A stretch of 64,000 nucleotides of DNA from the NCBI GenBank assembly GCA_964609585.1, contig CAZSRA010000005.1, positions 2,502 to 66,501 of the forward strand, written 5' to 3'. The stretch's first letter is position 1, and each line of letters opens with the position of its first letter. The DNA comes from an uncultured Candidatus Saccharimonadales bacterium. GTDB taxonomy: Bacteria > Patescibacteriota > Saccharimonadia > UBA4664. The notes below the pieces were generated by a model that worked only from the letters and a program-made list of their open reading frames with translations, did not search any database and was not told the DNA's origin. A program made the translations under genes and the position numbers. This document shows, piece by piece, positions 48,138 through 57,963 of this stretch.

Positions 48138-49919
48138 ATGTCCCGTTCGTTCCCTGTTTCCCGTCCTTCGACAATAGATTGGAGAACCGTGGCTACAACC
48201 ACCGATGAAGCACCTCAGGCAACCCCCAAGGTTGCTCGGGGTGCTCGCTACGTCATCACGGCCGTGGCTCTGCTTACTGGCGCTGCCGGCCTGGTCTTCG
48301 AGTACCTGCTCGCGACCACCGCCAGCTACCTCCTCGGCAGCAGCAACTACCAGTTTGCCGTCACCATCGGCCTGATGATGGGCATGATGGGCGTCGGTGC
48401 ATGGGTCCAGCGGGCCATTCCTGACCGCCGAGTGCTCGGCACCTTCATCGGTATCGAGCTGGTACTCGGCCTCATGGGTGGCTTCGCGGCCATCGCCAAC
48501 CTGATGGCGTTCGCCAAGATGCCCGATCACTACCCGCTCGTGCAATACGCGTTCATCATCGGGATTGGCCTGGCCATTGGCATGGAAATCCCGCTGGCGG
48601 CGCGCATGAACGAGCAGTTCGAGCGCCGGCTCAAGATGAACCTCGCCACGATCGTGGGTGCCGACTACGCGGGTGCCTTGATCGGTGCGATCATCTGGGT
48701 GAAGCTCATCAACTTGATGATCCCCTTGACTACTCTGGGGTTCTACATCGCGATGGCGAACCTGGCGGTGGCCGCTCTGTGCCTGTGCTACTTCTGGCGG
48801 CGTGGCATGATTGCCCGCCGGCGTGCCAAGCTTGGTGGTGCAGTCGCGATCGTTCTGAGCGCCGCGACGCTGATGTTCGGTACCCTTAACGCGGGTGCCT
48901 GGACGGTCGCCGCCAATCAGGACCTGTACGCCGACCCGATCGTCTTTAGCGAGACGACGCCCTACCAGCAACTCGTGATCACGCAGCGGACCAGTCCCGA
49001 CGACACCCGCCTGTACATCAACGGCAACCTCCAGTTCTCATCGGAGGACGAGGCGATTTACCACGAACTGCTGGTGCACCCGGCGATGAATCTTGGCCCC
49101 CATGGCAGGGTTCTGATCCTGGGCGGCGGCGACGGCATGGCCCTGCGCGAGGTTCTCAAGTACCCCGACGTGACGTCGGTGACGCTCGTGGACCTCGACC
49201 CGGCGATGATCCAGCTCGCCCGCACGAACCCGCTCCTCACCCGGCTCAACCAGGGGTCCTTCAGCGACGCCCGAGTGACGGCTACGGTGAGCGGGCTCAC
49301 CGACACCGGCGAGACGACGGACGTGGTTCAAACCACCGACGACCGCGTAAGACAGGCCAAGGGCACGACCACCTACGGCGTGCGCAAGGTCGCGACGGTT
49401 CACGTATACACGGTCGATGCGTTCCAGTTCATCCGGGCTCATCCCGGTATATGGAACACGATCTTCGTCGACCTGCCAGACCCAAGTACCGTAGAACTGG
49501 CAAAGCTCTACAGCCAGGAGTTCTACGGAATGGTCAAGGGGGTCCTGGCCCCCGACGGCTTCATGGCGGTCCAATCCGGGTCGCCTTACCATGCACGCCA
49601 GGCCTACGTCTGCATCCTCGAGTCGATCAAGGCTGCTGGCTTCTCGGTTCTGCCGTACCACGCCAACGTGCCCTCCTTCGGAGATTGGGGCTGGACGCTG
49701 GCGTGGAAGAGTTCGCTGCCGGACTCGGTCATCCGTGACCGCATCGCCGGGCTCCAGAGCTGGCCAGTTCCGACCCGCTACCTCGTCGACGGCGCGTCGT
49801 TCACCAGCACCCTTAGCTTTGGCCGAGGCTGGCTCGACGACCGCAACATCACCCCGAGCACGTTGATGAACCCCACCATCCTCAACTACTACGTCCAGGA
49901 GGGCTGGAAGATCGAGTAG
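48138..49919 (+). CDS. membrane-fused spermidine synthase-like polyamine aminopropyltransferase
   Basis: N-terminal multi-TM domain and a C-terminal PABS domain: YHELLVHPAM...RVLILGGGDGMALREVLKY...VDLDPAMIQLAR...IFVDLPDP. The start is uncertain; a GTG near 48189 is possible. Confidence 0.8.
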   Translation: MSRSFPVSRPSTIDWRTVATTTDEAPQATPKVARGARYVITAVALLTGAAGLVFEYLLATTASYLLGSSNYQFAVTIGLMMGMMGVGAWVQRAIPDRRVLGTFIGIELVLGLMGGFAAIANLMAFAKMPDHYPLVQYAFIIGIGLAIGMEIPLAARMNEQFERRLKMNLATIVGADYAGALIGAIIWVKLINLMIPLTTLGFYIAMANLAVAALCLCYFWRRGMIARRRAKLGGAVAIVLSAATLMFGTLNAGAWTVAANQDLYADPIVFSETTPYQQLVITQRTSPDDTRLYINGNLQFSSEDEAIYHELLVHPAMNLGPHGRVLILGGGDGMALREVLKYPDVTSVTLVDLDPAMIQLARTNPLLTRLNQGSFSDARVTATVSGLTDTGETTDVVQTTDDRVRQAKGTTTYGVRKVATVHVYTVDAFQFIRAHPGIWNTIFVDLPDPSTVELAKLYSQEFYGMVKGVLAPDGFMAVQSGSPYHARQAYVCILESIKAAGFSVLPYHANVPSFGDWGWTLAWKSSLPDSVIRDRIAGLQSWPVPTRYLVDGASFTSTLSFGRGWLDDRNITPSTLMNPTILNYYVQEGWKIE

Positions 49920-50045
49920 TGATACTCGTCCTACGAGAGACGGGGGCCGCCCATGGCAGCCCCCGTCCCGGACAATCTTTTTGCGATATTATGCTTGGCA
50001 TTTGCCAGACACGATGCCACAAAAATTCCTCAGGCTGTTTGCGCT

Positions 50046-50678
50046 TTAGCAGTGGTGTTTTTCGAGAGTGACATGGAAGATAACGAGGCCTGTGAGTTTG
50101 CTCGTTTGGACAATGAGGTATGGGTTTGAGGTAGCCTGGGTAATACTACAAGTGATTGTGGGCGTAGACTCGGTAACATTGACCTGGGTTCCCGTGGCGC
50201 TCGCTGTAATATTGGTAATATGCAGGCCGTAACCGGTGGTGAGCTCGGGCCCAAGATTTAGGCCGATGACGCTGGCTGTCGTAAAGTCGATCGGAATAAT
50301 AGGCGGTAGCGTAGGCAGACCTGCGTGCACTGCTTGCCAATACCGTTTCCAATCGGCGGCCGTGTTTATGAGCTGCTGGCCATGGCCTGGGACTTTAGCG
50401 CGAGTATCACCGTCAACGAGGATCTCGAAAGGCACGGAAATGATGGGCGGGGCAGGAGAGGCCGCCGGTTTTGGGGTACCAATGAGGTTGTTGGTGCCGT
50501 CGCGGCAAATGGGAGGATCAACATCGAAAACGGGATTACCGGCCTCTAGACAATCAGCGTACGAAGCAATGGGTGCCGTAGAGCTAGCGGACACAAAAAT
50601 AGCCATGACGCTGGCAAGCGAAAGGCTCATTAGTAGTTGCAACCACTGTCTTCGTTTTATAAACGTGAGCACTTTCAT
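50046..50678 (-). CDS. hypothetical secreted protein
   Basis: N-terminal signal/TM anchor and a Thr/Pro-rich mature region. Confidence 0.45.
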   Translation of the reverse strand: MKVLTFIKRRQWLQLLMSLSLASVMAIFVSASSTAPIASYADCLEAGNPVFDVDPPICRDGTNNLIGTPKPAASPAPPIISVPFEILVDGDTRAKVPGHGQQLINTAADWKRYWQAVHAGLPTLPPIIPIDFTTASVIGLNLGPELTTGYGLHITNITASATGTQVNVTESTPTITCSITQATSNPYLIVQTSKLTGLVIFHVTLEKHHC

Positions 50679-50856
50679 GGTTTAACTATACGATATGTTG
50701 CGCCAATGGTGCGGACCCACTCCCCGGCACAGGTATTTCGGATGGGCATTGGCTGGTGGTTTAACTAGCGATAATTGCGGAATTTAATCGGGGAGGCCCC
50801 CGGACCAGCGCCGTTGCTGGTCCGGGGGCGGCTCCGGATGGGTGAGATGGATAGCC

Positions 50857-51240
50857 TCAGGTGGCTGCGGGCCGGCGACGGCCGTCTTGCATCGCGGTGA
50901 GGTGGCTCGCCAGCGGCCCCGTCGAAGGCGAGCGCCTTCTGCTCGGTTGCCCGAAGACGAACCCCATCGCGGCGGTGTGCATCTTGGCGCGTTGGCGCTG
51001 GCGCTGAGCTTCGGAGTCCGCGTAGCACCACCAGACGATCAACGAGCCGGCGGGCACGAAGGCGATGAGGACGACGCAGATGGCGGCGATCCTGTTGATG
51101 GCGGCCGAGTCCGATGCGCCGGTGATGATGACATCGAGGCCACAGATCCCGGCGATGGTCGTGGCCACCAGGGCCGCGATGGCCAACTTCAGGTGCTGCA
51201 CGAGGACCTTCGGCATGGGCGTGCTGGTACGACGAGGCAT
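50857..51240 (-). CDS. small membrane protein (127 aa, high-GC)
   Basis: The internal ATG at 51240 is preceded by AAGGAG 6 nt upstream and lies 20 nt downstream of the stop of 51260-51709. The ORF-track frame extends it spuriously to 51612. Confidence 0.45.
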   Translation of the reverse strand: MPRRTSTPMPKVLVQHLKLAIAALVATTIAGICGLDVIITGASDSAAINRIAAICVVLIAFVPAGSLIVWWCYADSEAQRQRQRAKMHTAAMGFVFGQPSRRRSPSTGPLASHLTAMQDGRRRPAAT

Positions 51241-51259
51241 GATGTACTCCTTGGGTTGG

Positions 51260-51709
51260 TCAGGCCGCTGCGGCAGCGTTGGCGTCGACGATGGCGCGCC
51301 GCCGCTGTGCGGCGGGCGTGAATGGCTGGGCCCCGGGGGACGAAGCGAACTTGAGTCCGTAGCTCGGGGGCCTGCCGATGGTACCGTTGGCGAACACGTA
51401 GCCCTGACCACTCGCCGAACTGGAGAGTGGCACGAGCTGCTCGATACCGGGGCCGAACTCGGGTTGGGACCTGATGGCCCGGCGATTGGGCCTGAGACCG
51501 CGAACGACACCGACGAGCTTGGTGGTTGTGCCCGTCTGGGGCACGGCGAGGGCGACGAACCCGAGCAGGCCGGCCAGGCCGAGCTGTTCGGTCGAGTTGA
51601 ACATGCCGACACCGTACGCGAACGCGCCGATCACTGCTGCGACCAGCCCGAGGAGCATGCTCCCCGAGAACGTGTGCCTGGGTGCCTTGCGGTGAAGCTG
51701 GTGAGCCAT
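51260..51709 (-). CDS. small membrane protein (149 aa, high-GC)
   Basis: 2 TM helices; operon partner of 50857-51240. Confidence 0.4.
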   Translation of the reverse strand: MAHQLHRKAPRHTFSGSMLLGLVAAVIGAFAYGVGMFNSTEQLGLAGLLGFVALAVPQTGTTTKLVGVVRGLRPNRRAIRSQPEFGPGIEQLVPLSSSASGQGYVFANGTIGRPPSYGLKFASSPGAQPFTPAAQRRRAIVDANAAAAA

Positions 51710-51826
51710 GAGACTATTCCTACTTTCAATCCAGTCGGTGTCCGGAGGGTGTTGCTAACCATCGTATCGGACGACGATCATGCGGCGTAGCATAACATTT
51801 TTCAGCTTGTTTGTACAGTTTTTGGG

Positions 51827-52417
51827 TTATAGTTCCGAAACTCTATCTGGGAGCTTGGAGGATTTATTTTCGATGAGTTCAATGATTTCGTCTACTAACG
51901 CGGCCGGGTCGCGACTGAAGATAATGCCGGTGCGGGCGCGTTTGGCGGCTTTGAGGACATGCTCGACTTCGTCGGTCATGCCGCCAGAGCCTAGGAGCAC
52001 GCCGATGGGTTTGCGTTCTTCGATGGCGATGGTGAGCTCGTTGAGTGTACCAATGCGACCACCTACCATAATGACGGCATCGGACGAGCGCACGAGCAAG
52101 AGATTGCGGCCGGTGTATTCGAAGCCGGTGAAGAGAACAGTGTCGAAGACATCAAGGGGGAGTTGGTATTTTTTCACATGCGCGAGGCGGGAAGCGGCGG
52201 GCGAAAAACCAATGGAGGTAATGTCTTTGCCGCCTTCTTCCTTGGCGGCCTTGGCAGCATAGTACGGCAATCCGCGGGTAGCGCCGGTGATCACAAGATG
52301 GCCGCGGCGAACGATTTCTCGAGCGGCGGCGGCGGCCAAGTCTTTTGCCGGTTCTACGCTATCGCCGCGGGCGGCCCCAGAGACGCAAATTTGGTAACGC
52401 AGGTCGTGCTTAGGCAT
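51827..52417 (-). CDS. LOG/TIGR00725-family Rossmann-fold nucleotide-binding protein
   Basis: Motifs VITGATRGLPYYAAKAAKEEGG ... VIMVGGRIGTLNELTIA. It overlaps the upstream gene by 8 nt. Confidence 0.65.
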   Translation of the reverse strand: MPKHDLRYQICVSGAARGDSVEPAKDLAAAAAREIVRRGHLVITGATRGLPYYAAKAAKEEGGKDITSIGFSPAASRLAHVKKYQLPLDVFDTVLFTGFEYTGRNLLLVRSSDAVIMVGGRIGTLNELTIAIEERKPIGVLLGSGGMTDEVEHVLKAAKRARTGIIFSRDPAALVDEIIELIENKSSKLPDRVSEL

Positions 52418-53663
52418 GGCGGGTGAGGATCTCCGGTTTTATGATGGCGTTGTCGAGCTTGTCTAGGAGCTGCGCTTCGAGAACTTTTTCGCCCATGTAG
52501 CGGGCAAAAACTTCGTTCCAGAGGGCTTCGCGGAAATGGTAGAGATAGCGGTCTTCGTAGGTGATGCCGTTGGAATAGCTAAGGCTTAGGTCCATCAGAT
52601 TGAAGGTGACGGTATCGTGAGACGCGCCTTTGAGTACAGCGACGTAGTCGAGGTTTTTCCAAAATTCGAGCTCAGGATCGATGTCATAGAGCACTGCTTC
52701 GGCCCGGCGCCAGTGGAGATCTTCGGGCTGCACATGGGGCTCGAAAATTTCGGGATGCGTCTCATTCGTGAGCTTGCCGAAGTAGCGCTGGATGACGCGC
52801 CAGTGAATGTGGGCGTTGTCGGTGATTTTGACATGGGCAGGATCGGCAATGAGGGTATCGGAAATGATGGCGCCGAAGTTCTTTTTGGTTTGCATGAGCT
52901 TGAAGAATGAGCTGTAGAGGCGGATTTCGTTGTAATAGTGGAAGAGCAGGGGCATAACTTTGAGGGTAACGCCGGTCATATGGGTTTCTTTCATGGGCAT
53001 GACGGCGATGGCGCCCATTTCTTTGGAATGGGTGATGTTGTGGCGCTTTTTGGCAATGAAGTGCTCGGCTACATCGCCCCATTTGCTAAGCGCAAAGGGA
53101 ATCACTTTGATGCGGCGGGGCTCAAAGTCGGCCGGGGTGAGGTCGAGATATTGTTTGTCGAAGTCGTTGAGGAATTCGGGGCTTTCGACGAATCTGAGCG
53201 CCAGGAAGAGTTCAAAGATGTTTTCTTCTTCGAGAAGGCGCGAAACCAGATGGTGGCCGAGGCGGTCCATAATGGCCATGGGGGGCATGCGGCGGAGCAT
53301 GGTTTCGGCGACGCTCTCTTTGAGAAACCAGCCGTCTTTGGGGAGGGGGGCGTTTTCGGCGGCTTTAACGATGAGAGGGATCATTTCGACGAGGCTGGTG
53401 GGGTCGGTGCCACCGATGGCACGGGCCAGGTGATTGTCGTGCTCCCCTACTTGCTTGATGAGAGCGGCGTAGAGCTCGGGACCGGTAGCTGTGGCGGTGA
53501 GTCCGAGCTGTTTGGTGCGGTGAGCTGCGGTTTCGGCAATTTCGGCTGCGAGTTTCACGTCCGTGCCTTTTTGGTGCGACTGAAGTTCGAGCTGATGAAG
53601 GGCGTGGTCGAACAACGGTTCTTTGGCCTGGAGAAATCTGCCAATAGTACTCATTTTAGACAT
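52410..53663 (-). CDS. conserved hypothetical protein (417 aa)
   Basis: Long ORF with backbone composition and no recognisable motif. It is translationally coupled to the LOG-like gene. Confidence 0.5.
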   Translation of the reverse strand: MSKMSTIGRFLQAKEPLFDHALHQLELQSHQKGTDVKLAAEIAETAAHRTKQLGLTATATGPELYAALIKQVGEHDNHLARAIGGTDPTSLVEMIPLIVKAAENAPLPKDGWFLKESVAETMLRRMPPMAIMDRLGHHLVSRLLEEENIFELFLALRFVESPEFLNDFDKQYLDLTPADFEPRRIKVIPFALSKWGDVAEHFIAKKRHNITHSKEMGAIAVMPMKETHMTGVTLKVMPLLFHYYNEIRLYSSFFKLMQTKKNFGAIISDTLIADPAHVKITDNAHIHWRVIQRYFGKLTNETHPEIFEPHVQPEDLHWRRAEAVLYDIDPELEFWKNLDYVAVLKGASHDTVTFNLMDLSLSYSNGITYEDRYLYHFREALWNEVFARYMGEKVLEAQLLDKLDNAIIKPEILTRHA

Positions 53664-53694
53664 CCTTTTGTTGGGCTTACATGATGCATGGTTT

Positions 53695-54669
53695 TTAAAC
53701 GAGGTCGCTGATTTTTAACTTCATACGCTTGATGCGGCTCGTGCGGAGAATGCCGGTTTTGGCGCCAATTTGGGCGACCACGCCACTGGCGTTGGCGCTA
53801 CCGAGGCTTAGAGCGTCTTCGATGGCGAGGCCTTTGGCAAGGGCGGCCACAAAGCCGGAACCGAAGGCATCGCCGGCGCCGAGGCGGTCGACAACTTTCA
53901 CCTTTTGGTAAGTGCCGGCTTGGTATAATTTGCGGCCGGCAGCGGCGTAGGAACCGGATGGACCGTTGGTGCCAACGACGTATGGGCAGGTACCGCCAGC
54001 GCGCACAACAGTGTCGTGGAGGTTGTCGCCGCCAAAGAGGATGCGCAGCTCTTCGGCGTTGGCTTTGAGGACGGACACAAGCGGCAGGAGTGCACGGAGT
54101 TTTTTGGTTTGGGCGAGTTCGGCATTACCGGGGTCTAACGCAACCTGGATGCCGTGGTTATTGGCATGCTTGAGGAGCTTGGTGAGCAGGTCCATATTGC
54201 CGGCAAGAGAAGTGATGTAGAACCAATCGGCTTCGAGGGTACGAATGGCAATGTCTTTTGCCTTGAGGTCGTGAGAGGCGCCCCGATGAGTGAGAACGGT
54301 GCGCTCGCCATTGGCATTGAGAAGGATGGTGGAATAGCCGGTGGAAAGACGAGGGTCGGTGACCACGCGGTCCGTGACGACACCTTCGCGGGCGAGGACG
54401 CGCATCACTTCGGCTCCGGCCGGATCATGGCCGATTTTGCCAATGTAGCCGGCTTGCAAGCCTTGGCGGGCGAAGGTAACAGCGGCATTGGTGGCGCCAC
54501 CGCCGGTATCGAAATAGACGTGTTCGACATCAATTTTGGCGCCGAGGGGGAATTGTTCGACATAATCGCGCGTGCGTACATCGCGACGAGCGTGCAAAGC
54601 TTTACCGGTAAGGAAGACATCCTGAGTAGCAGCACCGAATGTGAGAATTTTGGATTTTATATCAGTCAT
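53695..54669 (-). CDS. PfkB-family carbohydrate/nucleoside kinase (ribokinase-like)
   Basis: Motifs GGGATNAAVTFARQG ... DRLGAGDAFGSGFVAALAKG (PfkB signature 2). Confidence 0.8.
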   Translation of the reverse strand: MTDIKSKILTFGAATQDVFLTGKALHARRDVRTRDYVEQFPLGAKIDVEHVYFDTGGGATNAAVTFARQGLQAGYIGKIGHDPAGAEVMRVLAREGVVTDRVVTDPRLSTGYSTILLNANGERTVLTHRGASHDLKAKDIAIRTLEADWFYITSLAGNMDLLTKLLKHANNHGIQVALDPGNAELAQTKKLRALLPLVSVLKANAEELRILFGGDNLHDTVVRAGGTCPYVVGTNGPSGSYAAAGRKLYQAGTYQKVKVVDRLGAGDAFGSGFVAALAKGLAIEDALSLGSANASGVVAQIGAKTGILRTSRIKRMKLKISDLV

Positions 54670-54734
54670 TACATCTGATGATAGCAGTTATGGTTTGGGA
54701 ATGGTACTACCCCGTGCTTTGACGTATTTTTATT

Positions 54735-55619
54735 TCAAGCGGCTTTGCCGGCCGAGCCAAACACTTCCATCTTGTGCTCAACCACGGCTTGAACGGCTGC
54801 AACGACTTCAGGCATAAGCTTGACGACCGCAAATTCGGTGGGGTGATCTGCTAGGACCTTTTCCAGCGTGGTACGGAAGGCGCGGCGCATTTCGGAGTTG
54901 ATATTGATTTTGCTAATGCCACGTTCGACGGCCCCACGAAACTGCTCGTCTGGGGTACCGGAACCGCCATGAAGGCTAAGGTAGCCGGGGGCAGCAGCTC
55001 GAATTGTGGCGAGAAGGTCTAGGTCGAGCTGTTTCGGGACGGGATAGAGGCCGTGGAGGTTGCCGATTGCGACGGCATAGGTGTCGATGCCTGTGGCTTT
55101 AATGAACTTGACTGACTCCTCGGGAGTGGAGAAGGTTTTGCGAATCTCGTCGTAATCGATGGCTTCGGTGTGAACATTGGAGGAACCACCAAAATAGTGA
55201 GGCTCACTTTCTACCAATGCGCCCGTGGTTTTGGCGTATTCGACCACCTCTTTGGTGGCGGCAATGATTTCTTCGTCGCTGGCGTCTTTTTTTGCCTGGG
55301 AAAGATCCATGTGGATAAATTCAAAACCGGCATCGATACCAGCTTTGGCAGCCTCGATGCTCGGGCTGTGGTCGAGGTTTATGAACATTTGAAGGTCGTA
55401 TTCGAGTTTGTAATTGTCGACGAGGCATCGAATGTTGTGAAGCCCCATGGCGTCTACTTCGCCCTGGCTAACTTCTACGAGGACGGGGCTTTTTTTGGCA
55501 GCAGCGGCTTTTGCGACCGCAATGAGCGTTTCTTGATTGTCGATATTGAAGGCCCCGAGGGCAAATTTTTCTTGTTTGGTGCGAGCGTAGAGTTCGCGGG
55601 CAGCTTCAATGTTGGTCAT
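54735..55619 (-). CDS. fba: class II fructose-bisphosphate aldolase
   Basis: Motifs FNIDNQETLIAVAKAA...PVLVEVSQGE...NLDHS...AIGNLHGLY...SLHGGSG. Start at ATG 55619; the ORF-track frame extends to 55721. Confidence 0.85.
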   Translation of the reverse strand: MTNIEAARELYARTKQEKFALGAFNIDNQETLIAVAKAAAAKKSPVLVEVSQGEVDAMGLHNIRCLVDNYKLEYDLQMFINLDHSPSIEAAKAGIDAGFEFIHMDLSQAKKDASDEEIIAATKEVVEYAKTTGALVESEPHYFGGSSNVHTEAIDYDEIRKTFSTPEESVKFIKATGIDTYAVAIGNLHGLYPVPKQLDLDLLATIRAAAPGYLSLHGGSGTPDEQFRGAVERGISKININSEMRRAFRTTLEKVLADHPTEFAVVKLMPEVVAAVQAVVEHKMEVFGSAGKAA

Positions 55620-55663
55620 GATGAGAGTCTCGCTTATGGTTGGTATTGTGGCAGGTCGGGTGG

Positions 55664-56077
55664 TTATTTGGCAAACCGACGCCCCGCGGCCAGGCTTATC
55701 ACGTAGATGAGGCCATAACACAGGTACAGTACGAAGGTGAGTAAGGCGACGTCGGTGCGGTTATGAATGTGCCCGGCGGCGAGTCGAACAATTACTTGAG
55801 CCGAGGCAAGCCCGAGCACTACGGCCATCCCGGTGGAAACGAGGGTACCTTTGCCAAAATGACGCAGTAGCACGAGAGATAATACGAGTATTCCAAGTCC
55901 ATAGACGGCGCCTGTAACGACGAGGCCGCTGGCGATTGCGAGGCCATTATTTTTCATGGCTGGCAGCAATGCGCTCGCACGACCGCTGAGCCAGAAGGCG
56001 GCCATGCCGGCGGCGAAGGTTAGAAAATAGGTGGTATCGGAGGCCATAAGAATTCGACTAGAACGGGCGGCGGCCAT
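55664..56077 (-). CDS. hypothetical membrane protein
   Basis: 137 aa with 4 TM helices. Confidence 0.4.
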   Translation of the reverse strand: MAAARSSRILMASDTTYFLTFAAGMAAFWLSGRASALLPAMKNNGLAIASGLVVTGAVYGLGILVLSLVLLRHFGKGTLVSTGMAVVLGLASAQVIVRLAAGHIHNRTDVALLTFVLYLCYGLIYVISLAAGRRFAK

Positions 56078-56109
56078 GCATGATCCTCGTTTATTACAAT
56101 GAGGTTACT

Positions 56110-57096
56110 TTACCCCTTACGCTTCAATAAATCGAGCGCTTTTTTTGCTATGTGGGGCGCTGTGAGGCCAAAATACTCGAGAAGTTCGGCGGGCGCGCCC
56201 GATTCTCCAAACCGGTCGAGCATGCCGATACGCGCCATGGGAACGGGATGATGATCGGCTAGCGTTTCAGCCACGGCGCCACCGAGGCCGCCCGCGATTT
56301 GACCCTCTTCTGCCGTGAGGACGGCGCCAGTTTTGCGAGCACTGGCGACGATGGTGACGGTGTCGAGCGGCTTTACGACGGCGGCGTTGATGACTTCAAC
56401 CTCAATCCCCTTTTTGCTCAGGGCCTCGGCAGCTACCAGGGCCTGATAAACCATGGTGCCGCAGGCCACGATGGTGAGGTCTTTACCGAGACGTAGTACT
56501 TGGGCTTTGGATAGGGAGAAGGGTGAATTTTGGGTCGTAATGACGGGTGATTTTTCGCGAGCAAGGCGAAGGTAAGCGGGGCCATAATGGCCGGCGATGG
56601 TGTGGGTGGCTTTTTCGGCTTCGACGGCATCGGCCGGGACTATTACGATCATATTCGGCAAAACGCGCATGAGCGCGATGTCTTCGAGCATCTGGTGGGT
56701 GGCGCCGTCGGGGCCAACCGAAACACCGGCGTGAGAGCCGACGATTTTGACATTGGTGTCGTTGAGGCAAATGGTAGTGCGGATTTGCTCCCAGTTGCGA
56801 CCGGGAGAAAAGGCGGCGTAACTCGAGACAAACGGGGTTTTGCCAGCAAGAGCCATGCCGGCAGCCACGGTAACGAGATTTTGCTCTGCCACCCCGATTT
56901 CTACAAAACGCTCGGGGTAGCTTTTGGCAAATTCGATCATACGGGTGGATTCGGTGAGGTCGGCGCAGAGGGCGACTACGTTTTTATTGGTGTGAGCAAC
57001 GCCAACGAGGCCTCGGCCAAAACCTAGGCGAATGGCTTCTTGTTTTACTTCGGCCGAGAAGAGGTCGGGAGTGAGATATTGTTTGGGCTCAATCAT
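56110..57096 (-). CDS. transketolase, C-terminal subunit (pyrimidine-binding plus C-terminal domains)
   Basis: Motifs GVAEQNLVTVAAGMALAGKTPFVSSYAAF...GPDGATHQMLEDIALMRVLPNM. Matches the split-transketolase arrangement. Confidence 0.85.
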   Translation of the reverse strand: MIEPKQYLTPDLFSAEVKQEAIRLGFGRGLVGVAHTNKNVVALCADLTESTRMIEFAKSYPERFVEIGVAEQNLVTVAAGMALAGKTPFVSSYAAFSPGRNWEQIRTTICLNDTNVKIVGSHAGVSVGPDGATHQMLEDIALMRVLPNMIVIVPADAVEAEKATHTIAGHYGPAYLRLAREKSPVITTQNSPFSLSKAQVLRLGKDLTIVACGTMVYQALVAAEALSKKGIEVEVINAAVVKPLDTVTIVASARKTGAVLTAEEGQIAGGLGGAVAETLADHHPVPMARIGMLDRFGESGAPAELLEYFGLTAPHIAKKALDLLKRKG

Positions 57097-57287
57097 GGTT
57101 TAATGATACGGCTTGTGCCTGAAATCTCAAAACGCTTATGCGACGTGATTCGACGGGAGGTGCGGTTTAAACGAGGCATATTTCAAACTCCTAATAAGTG
57201 CACAACTAGTTTTTGTGCTGTCGGCGGGCCCGGCACCAGCGCCCGAAGGCACTGGCGCCGGGGGATCGATGACGAAGGGACTGTCGA

Positions 57288-57884
57288 CTAGTCGAGTGAC
57301 AGGCCATAGCGATGAAGGGCGATCGGGACGAAGACTCTCATGACCCAGTCTGCACTCTCGGTCCGCTCCTTGCTCTCCGGGTCCAACCCAGTGACGACCG
57401 TGGCCGTTCGCTCCCATCCGAAACGAGCACAGATGATTCGGATGATCACGGGGATCATGTCTTCAGCGATCTTGCAGCTGAAGTAGTCCGTGAAGCCGAG
57501 CTCGTCTCCGGGTTCCACCCAGATGACTTCGACTTCCTCGGCATCAGGATCCTCGTGCCAAAGCACGGAGTCCGCACCCGGCCTCTGCTGTTGGATCCAG
57601 GTCACCAGGTGGGACAGCGAGAGGCTGCCGCCTGACACCGGGACCAGCTCCATCTTCATCCCGAGCGGATCCGCCTCGTTGAGACCAGAGAACCAGATGG
57701 CCACTCCGTGATTTGCTCTCACGACCGCCTGGATCAGTTTGATCAGCTTGAGATCTGCCACGCCCCCGGGGAGTCCGAAGCTGACTTCGTACTGGTCCGG
57801 AGCTGTAGGGTCCTGGCCGCTGAGGTCCTCCACCTCGATGATGTGCTCGGGCTCGACGGTGGGGTTGTTGCCGTCATTGGTCAC
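57288..57884 (-). CDS. hypothetical protein (high-GC) inserted between the transketolase subunit genes
   Basis: 198 aa, acidic, at about 63% GC. No recognisable motif. Confidence 0.45.
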   Translation of the reverse strand: MTNDGNNPTVEPEHIIEVEDLSGQDPTAPDQYEVSFGLPGGVADLKLIKLIQAVVRANHGVAIWFSGLNEADPLGMKMELVPVSGGSLSLSHLVTWIQQQRPGADSVLWHEDPDAEEVEVIWVEPGDELGFTDYFSCKIAEDMIPVIIRIICARFGWERTATVVTGLDPESKERTESADWVMRVFVPIALHRYGLSLD

Positions 57885-57963
57885 GATTTCTCCGATATCT
57901 AAGCTTGGGTCCTTCCCAAGCCCGACCGAGACAGTTTAGGGGAATTTACGAATTATGTAAATT

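Noticed and set aside
42418-50000. Canonical Pup gene (about 60-70 aa ending GGQ/GGE) or proteasome/ARC genes near the PafA/Dop-like gene
   Set aside because: None was recognised by eye in any frame around the ligase. Absence in a manual scan is not proof, but no candidate could be supported.
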